This document shows, in pieces, positions 55,086 to 64,000 of a stretch of 64,000 nucleotides of DNA (its first letter is position 1; each line of letters opens with the position of its first letter). Location: NCBI RefSeq assembly GCF_009914755.1, contig NC_060927.1; one strand, given 5' to 3'. The translations under genes were made by a program, and so were the position numbers. This DNA comes from the human T2T-CHM13v2.0 reference genome, Homo sapiens. The notes below the pieces were generated by a model, which ran no database searches, was not told the origin of the DNA, and saw nothing but the letters and a program-made list of their open reading frames with translations.

Positions 55086-58000
55086 GTAAATACGTACAAG
55101 TGAAATAAATAATATTTTGATTAACCTAGTGCAACTAAGTTAAGCACTTTAATATAACTTTGTCCAATGTGTCAGCTCCTTGCCACCTGCCTGGCATCAT
55201 CTTCTATGATTCCTTCTTACTAACCCTAGATTTCAGACCATACATCCTGTGCACCTTCTGCGAATGCTGTTAGTAATATACTACGTAACATTGCAAAGGG
55301 AAATTGACAAACATTTATTAAAACTCTGTCCTAAAGACTTCGTTGATGTACTAATTAGTTAAACCATCTTTCTGAGGATCCCTGAGTGTACCACTTAATC
55401 TTTTACTACAGAAAATAAGAATGAGAAAGGGTAGAGAATAGCAAAAAGGAAATAGAGATTTTTTTTCTAATGAGTTTGGAAATAAGAATGGTCTTATGAG
55501 AAATGAGGGCTTTGTTTAATTCCAAATGCATTCCTATGCTGGAATTGCAATTTACTTGAGTTTTAACAGATGTCATACCTAAGTTCTCAAACTGTTATGA
55601 TCCATTTGCACATTCTTGTACAGAGCAAAAGCAAAGATGTGGTAGTGCAATATAAAAGTAGAATCAAGAGTACTTTATCTTTGCTCATTTTTATTTCTGT
55701 GGTACTCACCTCCCACTCACACAGAATTCTTCCATCTCCTTCTCATTTGATTGCACTGTCTTGAACTCAATTCATATTATCTCTGCAGTGCAACCCATCT
55801 TTTGATACAACCTTATTTAGTATATTTCCACTACTGTATAGAAAAAACCACCTGGTTGTGCTGGAGAGAATTATTTACTCTGCTCAAACGTCTGATATAT
55901 CCTGAAATAAACATGGATTATAATGGGATACTCAAAATCAAACAGAATTAAACTACCATGTTAAAAAGACAGCAACTATAAACATAGATTCAATTATGTA
56001 ACAAACCTGAGAGTATATAAAAAAATGTTAGCAGTCTGGTTTCACCATTCATAGACCAAGAGGTAGTCTGAAAATAGATGAGATTAAAATGGGGGTGAGT
56101 CAACCTCACCTGTAGTGAATAGAAAGCCAACCCTCCTCAGAAATGAAGGATCTAAAGAGCTATCAAAATATTTTATTTCTTACTGCTAAGGAAACTTTGA
56201 GTTATGCATTGACAATCTTCACTTTCACTTCAAACTGTAAATATTCATAGGAAGTAATGACATGTTAAATTGTTATTACACTTTCATGAAGTGTGAAATC
56301 TCAAGCGACAGCTTTATGGTGTTATAGGCCTGCATTCCGATCCTGATAATGCCACTTACATAAATAAATAGGTCCATATTTATCTATTGGCAGGTCAGTC
56401 CTCTGAGCTGAGCCTCTATGTTCTCACCTGTGAAATGTACAGATTGAGAATGCGTGACTCATCACATTTTTTTTGGCTCAATTGACTTGATACATGGGCT
56501 TATGATTTATAACTGTAAGTCAGCATACCAGTACTATTTTTATTAGTTTTTCTAACAGCAGGCCACCAAAAGATTCAGTATTCAGCATTACTGACGACAA
56601 ATATAAAGTGTAGTTTTTGCGGAAATCCACTAGAGATTCACAGGTATATGTACAAGGAAACCTCTGGTGAGTAGAACTGCGGGTAGGACTGAAAAGGAGT
56701 GAGATAGGGATTCAGATGGAGGAGATGAGAAGCACATACTTTTTTTTCATAATTCTCCCATCTGCCCATATTAACATACAGTTATGTTCATAAGACTGCC
56801 CCTCTTTATTGCTGAAGGTACCACCTGGACCTTCTAAATGCATGGATTTAGAAGGATTTGTTTCTATAAATATATGATGTCTTAGACATCATATTTACTC
56901 TTGTAGTTTCTTCTTTTAAAGATGTTGCTAAAGCAACATTTCTCGTAGCTAGATGGCTGCATGCGGGTAAAGATACGGTGCCTGAATTACAATTATTTAC
57001 TTATACTCTAAGCAACTAAGTTAAATCTACATTTTTAATTGTAGAAAAATAAGATTTACTTGACCTGGGAAAAGGTGACTGAGGCACTCAGCTCTGATCT
57101 AGATTATTCAGGGGATTTCCCTCAAATTAACCATGCACAAAGTTATTCACTAGCTCTACACATAATCAAACATTTGAGACTGTTTCACACTGAATATGAC
57201 CTGGACCAGGTTGAATCTCTTGCACACATAACATTCAGAAGTTATTGTATACTCCTCAAGTGAATGAAAATATCATATCATATATATATATATCATATAC
57301 TCCTCAAGTGAATGAAAATGACCTATTAGTCATTTGTTTCTTCATGTATTCATATTCAATAAACATTCAAAGGCTCACAATATGCCAGGCACTGTTCTTA
57401 GAACAGTAAACATAATAATATGTTACAAAGAGACAAAGCTCCGTTTCTCATGGAGCTTACACTGTCATTCTTCTCTTACTTTTTCATGAAGATGGACAAA
57501 ACATCCCAAATATGGTGCTCCCCAAGACCATAGCCCCTGAAAAAGGAGTAATATTAAGAAGCAATGTATTATAGAATGTAACCTTCTCTGGATGTGGGAA
57601 CTTGATCTAGGGGATCCCATTCCATAGGTTGCCCAATTTTCTGTTTTGTGAAGATACGTTGGGCCAGTTAGATATTAACTCTTAAAAATATGAATCAAAA
57701 ATATAAACAGAATGAGGCAGAGAACACAAGAATAGAGACTGAAATCAGGTAAAGAGGAATTCTGTAGGAGAATGAAGTCATGCTAGAAGGAAGTAAAAAA
57801 CGCAGAAAACCTAAACCCTGAGGCTGAGAACAGTAGAATTTGAGGACATCAGCTGATAGCGACATGCTCCTTCATGCCTAGAACTGCCTGGGATTCTAGA
57901 GCTAGGTTCCATCTGACTCACTCGTCAACATTCCTTACAATTCTAGAGGGGTGGCCTGCATGTGATTTCTCCATCTTCAATAAATGCATATGACTATTTT

Positions 58001-58547
58001 TTTTCTATTTCCATTATATGCCCCTCACATTTTATTCATTTATTAAGATGCACATTTATACAGAATTACATGGAGGAAAAGGTCATGGACAGAAACTTGT
58101 TAGAAACGGACCACGCTTCCTTGATGGCGCAGTAACCAATTGAACGGCAATTTATTTCAATTGGTCTATTTAAGAAGCTAGAAAACTATTTTAAAAATAA
58201 CCGTAGTTCAGGTGACAATAAGAACAAAATGCTTAGACCTCTCTGATCTTCTGAATCCTGAGAACAGATTTTGGAAATGCTATGATAGGTCAGGTTTCTA
58301 CTGGATTTAGAAGGTCTTTTTATTTTCCACTTCAATCACAACAGTATAAGCCAGAAAGCAGATGAAAAGACAAGTGGCTGCCCAGAGGTTCCAGATTTCT
58401 TTGGCTAGCACTGAATTAGTAGACACAAAAAACCCAAGGCAAATGTCAAATTGTATGTAGATGAAGTCTACATAAAACAAAGATTAAGAATCTGTTGAAG
58501 GAGCAAAGACCATGACTAAGGAAAACATACAATGAGAGCAGAATGGA

Positions 58548-58581
58548 ACACACACACACATACACACACACACACACACAC
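58548..58581. repeat. (CA)n microsatellite
   Basis: Seen directly. Confidence 0.9.
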
Positions 58582-59206
58582 AGAAATACACACATACTCA
58601 AAAAAATGTAAAATTCAGGTGATGCAGACCAGACAGAAAACCGAGTGACCATTTCCCTAGCTACAAATTGGAATAGAGAGGAAATTAGAAACACAAACCT
58701 GGATTTCACACGCTCTCACTTGTTATTGGTTGCATTGTTTTGCACTTCTGATAACTGTATATATCTGTTCTCATTCCACATTGTGGCTTCAGCTGTTCTC
58801 AAATAATTTTTAAATTTTTCACATAGATTTAAAATTGATTAAGAAATTTTTACAAAAATCTGGGCAGAGTAGCTCCTACCTGCTTGCATTTTTTTAGTAT
58901 CCAGAAGGAACTGAAGAGGTATGTACCTGCCACATTTGCTGTAATTCCGTCTAGATACACGTGTGTTACATAAGCACAATTCGAAAAATTCACTATTTTT
59001 ATTTGAAAGCAATAAGGATAAAATATCATTGCATCAACACCTGATAAAAACATTAAACTATGAGAGGAGAAAAGATTCAATAGATGTCTTTTTGTACATC
59101 ACGATGTAACACAAATAATATACATAATATACGCAAGTCCAGGTCCCTTAGAAACTGACATTACTATTACTTATTTCTCTTCTCTTACTTCCTTTCTTCA
59201 TATATA

Positions 59207-59516
59207 ATTTTGTTGTTGTTGTTGTTTGTTTGTTTGTTTGAGATGGAGTCTTGCTCTGTCGCCCAGGCTGGAGCACACTGGTGTGATCTCAGCTCACTGC
59301 AATGTCCGCCTCCCAGGTTAAAGCCATTCCCCACCTCAGCCTCCCAATTAGCTGGGATTACAGGCACCCACCATCATGTCTGGCTAATTTTTGTATTTTT
59401 GTAGGGATGGGTTTCACCATGTTGGCCAGGCTGGTCTTGAACTCCTGACCTCAGGTGATCCACCCGCCTCAGCCTTTCAAACTTCTGGGATTACAGGCGT
59501 GAGCCACCGTGCCTGG
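59207..59516 (-). mobile_element. AluS (Sx-like)
   Basis: Full-length Alu with (TTG)n/(TTTG)n tail; TSD-like ctttcttcat. Confidence 0.95.
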
Positions 59517-60423
59517 CTTCTTTCTTCATGTAATTCTATCATGCCTATCTCACAGTAAGCTTTGACAGAACTAGTTTCACTGTTTTTTTTCTTTGAATTC
59601 AACTAAATGACAGGAAAACCATCTAAGGTAACTTGAGAAAACATTTTAAAAATTAAGTGATTTAGTGTACACTGTCAAATATAGGTCTTAACCATTTTTG
59701 AAATAATGAAAATGAAAAAACAAGTAATTCTGGGCAGTATAAAATTACCAGATTATTTATTGTCTGTTAATTGTTATGATCAGTCTTATATAATCCACAA
59801 ATAAAAACAAAAAGTCTATTAAAATTATTCAATTAAATCCTTATCCCGGTTTTATAAAACAAAAATGGCCATATTCTATTACTGCTTCAGACTAAATAGA
59901 ACTTTGTGTATTGGAGACTGACTCTTTCAAGCTCTGTACTTGTTTTCCAAGATCCAAGTCATTTTTCTTTCTAATTATAAATTTAGATCTTTTACATTCA
60001 ATCAAAACTTCACATCAGTTTATAGAGATCTCTGATTCGAATAGGGATTGTGTAAAAGCAGAAGACCAACTTGTACATATGAACAACTATTGTACGCACA
60101 TCCTAGTGGCATTTTTTCAAGTACTTGGATGCTAACATTTTCAGTTTATGTTCTGCTCAAGATGCCTTTCAACACCCTCGCTAAAAATGTACATTTTAGA
60201 ATACTCTATTTTACTTTAGAATAGCCAGCTCTGGATTATTTCTAATGTCTATTTAACCAGCAAATGAAGAGGCAGGAGAACGTTGTGTTTAGGGGACGCA
60301 ATTCTAATGCCAGCTTATCTGGGCTTGAATATCAGCTCTACCAATTGTGGGTTGAGATAACATGGGCAAGTTCCAGGACATTTTTTGAGTTTCAATTTCC
60401 TCATTTTAAAAATGGAGATGCTT

Positions 60424-61172
60424 TGGCACTGGCATAAAGTCAGACATAGACCAGTGGAACAGAATAGAGAACCCTGAAATAACTCCATACATCTACAGTG
60501 AACTCATTTTTGACAAAGGTGCCAAGAACATACATCGGGGACAGGACAGTCTCTTCAATAAGTGGTGTTGGGAAAACTGGATTTCCGTATGCATAAGAAT
60601 GAAACTAGACTGGTATCTCTCACCACATACAAAAATCACATCAAAATGGATTAAACATTTAAATTTAACACTTCAAACTATGAAACTACTAAAAGAAAAC
60701 AATGGGGAAACTCCCCAGGACATTGGACTGGGCAAAGATTTCTTGAGTAATACCCCATGATCACGGGCAACCAAGCAAAAATGGACAAATGGGATCATAT
60801 GAAGTTAAAAAGCTTCTGCACAGCAGAGGAAACAAGCAACAAAATGAAAAGACAACCCATAGAATGAGAGAAAATATTTGCAAACTACTCATCTGATAAG
60901 GGATTAATAACCAGAATATATGAGGAATTTATAAGGAGCTCAAACAACTCTATAGGAAAGCATCTAATAATCTGATTAAAAAATGGGCAAAATATCTAAA
61001 TAGCCATTTATCAAAAAAGACATATAAGTGGCAAACAGGTATATAAAAAGGTGTCCAATAGAGGTATCAGAGATACCAATAGAGGTATCAAAATATCTCA
61101 TGTAACTTATACACACCTACTATGTACCCACAAAAATTAAAAAGAAATATTAATAAAATGTATAAAAATAAA
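60424..61172 (+). mobile_element. L1MA-like fragment with internal deletion, inserted in a MIR
   Basis: ORF2 3' sequence (gacaaaggtgccaagaaca, aaaagcttctgcacagca) joined to the terminal 3'UTR; TSD aaaatggagat; MIR halves at ~60290-60420 and ~61175-61290. Confidence 0.85.
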
Positions 61173-61379
61173 TAAAATGGAGATTCTAGTGTTAGCATCT
61201 ACCTTATGCATTCTTTTGATAATACAATAAATTAAAAATATGTTGAGTGCTTAGCACAGTGCCTGTGACATGGGAGGTGCTGAAAAGATTCTCAACAATA
61301 TAGTTATCATTTCAATTATTGCACCCATTGTTATCATCCTCATTATTATTTGGCAGTATATTCTCTGGTATATTTTTAG

Positions 61380-61985
61380 CGGGAATGCAAAATGCTAAAG
61401 CCAGCATACTAAAACAATGTACCAGTTTCTTATGAAGTTTCCTTATTTGTTATCATAGACTCAGCAATTCTGCTCTTAGAAGTTTTACCCAAGAGAAAAG
61501 GAAAACACATGCCCACATGAAGAGTGTTTATATCAGCTTTATTCATAATCACCTCCACCTGGTAACAACCAATTGTCCACCGAATGGTGAGTAGATGAGA
61601 AAATTGTGGTACCAACATACAGTGGAATATTAAAAAATAATTTTAAGAAATAAATATTCATACATGCAACACCATGGATGGATTTCAAATACTCTATGTT
61701 AAGTGAAAAAAAAAATCAGAAAGAAAAAGCTACTGATTGAAAAATGTAATTGATATGATGTTTTAGAAAAGGCCAAGTTATAAGAACAGAAACCTGATCA
61801 AAGTTTGCTAGGAGAATGGACTACAAAGGGACATAAAGGAACCTTTGGGGATGACGGAAATATTACGTGTCTTAATTATGGTGGTGGTTACATCACTTTA
61901 TGTATTTTCTAAAATTCATAGAAATGTACAGCTATAAAGAGTAACTTTTACTGTATGTAAATTGTATCTAGATAACCTGACTTGA
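61380..61985 (+). mobile_element. Old L1M (MC/ME) 3' fragment
   Basis: gactcagcaattctgctcttag, acatgcaacaccatggatg and ggggatgacggaaatatt motifs. Confidence 0.7.
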
Positions 61986-64000
61986 AAGATGAAACTAGAA
62001 ATACGTGCATATCAAGTCACTATGGAGGAATATGTGAAAATACGAACAAGTTACCCTCCAAGGGCCATACATACACTCCTTTGAACAAAACTTAAGCTAT
62101 GATTGGAGTTGCTGGTTCATCCTAAAGCATTATGTCAGAATCCAGTTACATCCACAAAGTTCATGGGTATTCCTGAGATGTTGCTTTTTGAGCTGGACCG
62201 TAAAGCCAGGAAAACGTGGAAGTAAATATTCAAGATCCAGGGTCCACAAGTCTTCAGTTTTGCTCAAAGTCTGACCCTCTCTCACACTCAGGTTCCGGGT
62301 CAGCAAATACAACTCATGAGGATGGGCCCACAAACACGCAAAGCCTAATCCAGGTTATAGAGTTATTAACAGGAATCAGTTCAGTGGAGTGAAGGGACAA
62401 AAAACAAAATAAACAAACAAACAACCTGATTAACTGGCACTGAGCTAAACAAGAAAGCTCCTGGCAGCAAGTGAAGAAACACCCTGTTGGCTCTAAATTC
62501 TTAAGCTATTCAGGTTTGAAGCCAGATAATTTTGTTGTAGTAGTAATCCAAAGACAATCAATTTTTATGTCTGACACGTCTTTGAACTGGCTACTCCATA
62601 TCCCACCAATTAAGTCTTCTTATTGAATAATGCCCATTAGTTTCTTTACCTTTTTATTTGAAAATTCTGTTTACAAGCAAGTAGCAAACTATAGAGCAGT
62701 CTTTTGATTTAATTGGTTCTTATTTTATTTTTTCTTCTTAAATATAAGATATGTCTGATTATTATTATTATACAATAGATGCTCTCATATTTGCTATTAT
62801 AAATTGTCTGAATTGTTATACCTTCTTCTTTCCAACTAACTTTTCTCTCTCTCCTTTTTTAACTTTTTTATTGTATTTGGTTTTCAAATTTAGCCATAGT
62901 CTAACATTTATGATACAATTTTAAAATTGATGATTATAATTTTTAAGGATTGAAAATGTTTTATAATTTTACAAAATAAATAAAAATTAAAGACTTTAAC
63001 TAAATCAACTTGTTAAGGTACTATAGGCCATGCAAGTTACAAAAACTGGTCTTTTGAAATATCTTAAACATGTAAGTGTAAGCAATATTTATAATTCGTA
63101 AATTTTCAGAAATTAAGTTCAATAAAAATAATACTTTACTCTGCTTAATTCGTGTTTAATTTGTCCAACTCAATATAATTTAATTTCAAACATTTATAAG
63201 GATGCAGACAACCTATGCCAACAAATGAGTAAACAAATCAAAAATTCTTTGGAAGTCCTGAAGGACTATAGCCACTTTTTAAACTTAAATTGATTTCATT
63301 TTTGAGAAAATGATGTTTCTCTCAATTGATTAGACCCCTAAGAAATGAACGGTTGGGCCACCCTACCATATAGAAAGCCCCAAATAGCTGAAGTGCTAAT
63401 TGGGAACAAAAGGAGCACAGAAGGAATGCTAGAGTTGTACAAAAGAATCACAACTTAGTGAATGGTTGCAGAAATGAAAGGCTGTAGAGTCCCATAGTTT
63501 TTTCCTTTCTTGGCCTTGAATGTATTTGTGTATAGTAACCAATTTCCATTTTTCCTCTTGTTCCTGTTCTCTACATTTTTTGAAGATTTTACAGAATGAC
63601 AAATTGGGATTGCAACTGAATGAGAAAAGCTTGAATACATCCCAATGTCTTATTCAGTTAAAATGAGATTATAATCAAATAAGTTATTGATGGGATTTTG
63701 AATTTCCATTTTTGGGAAGAGAATGAAGACATTGTGTATGATTTAGTGCATTATGTTAGACTGGACCAAATTTTTATTGTTATTGTTGTATTTGGAAGTA
63801 TAAGTATTTGTAGTAGGATGTAAATGGATGTTTACATGAAAGTTCTGGATATGAATAGGTTCTGCCAGGTAGGTGTAATTGCATGAACTTTGAAGGGCAA
63901 AAGGAGGTAGTGGTTATTATTCTGCTGTTGTGGGTATTACAAAAACAGAGTAGAGATCAGTGTTGGCTGACCCCTGTACTGCATATGTCAGTGTCTTGTC

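Noticed and set aside
58114-58135. tRNA A-box-like tggcgcagt
   Set aside because: No B box or cloverleaf follows.

Overview
AT-rich, CpG-depleted primate (human-like) genomic DNA containing Alu, L1, L2, MIR, MaLR LTRs and hAT transposons. I see no intact protein-coding gene, RNA gene or CRISPR array, and almost all ORF-track entries are repeat-derived or chance. The main result is a heavily decayed multi-exon gene on the minus strand, running from an ATG at 44878 down to at least ~17645 and possibly ~6600. It is recognisable from canonical splice sites, chains of matching intron phases and ordered domain motifs broken by stops and frameshifts. The reconstructed architecture is: signal peptide - about 4 C-type lectin (CTL) domains - WSC - CUB - 1-2 CTL - 1-2 kringle - WSC - about 3 CUB - transmembrane helix - protein-kinase-like domain - unassigned C-terminal exons (weak guanylyl-cyclase resemblance). 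I do not recognise this architecture in any human protein, so it looks like a unitary pseudogene of a lost single-pass receptor (pseudo)kinase with KREMEN-like modules. All domain calls were made by eye from manual translation and need profile and ortholog confirmation.
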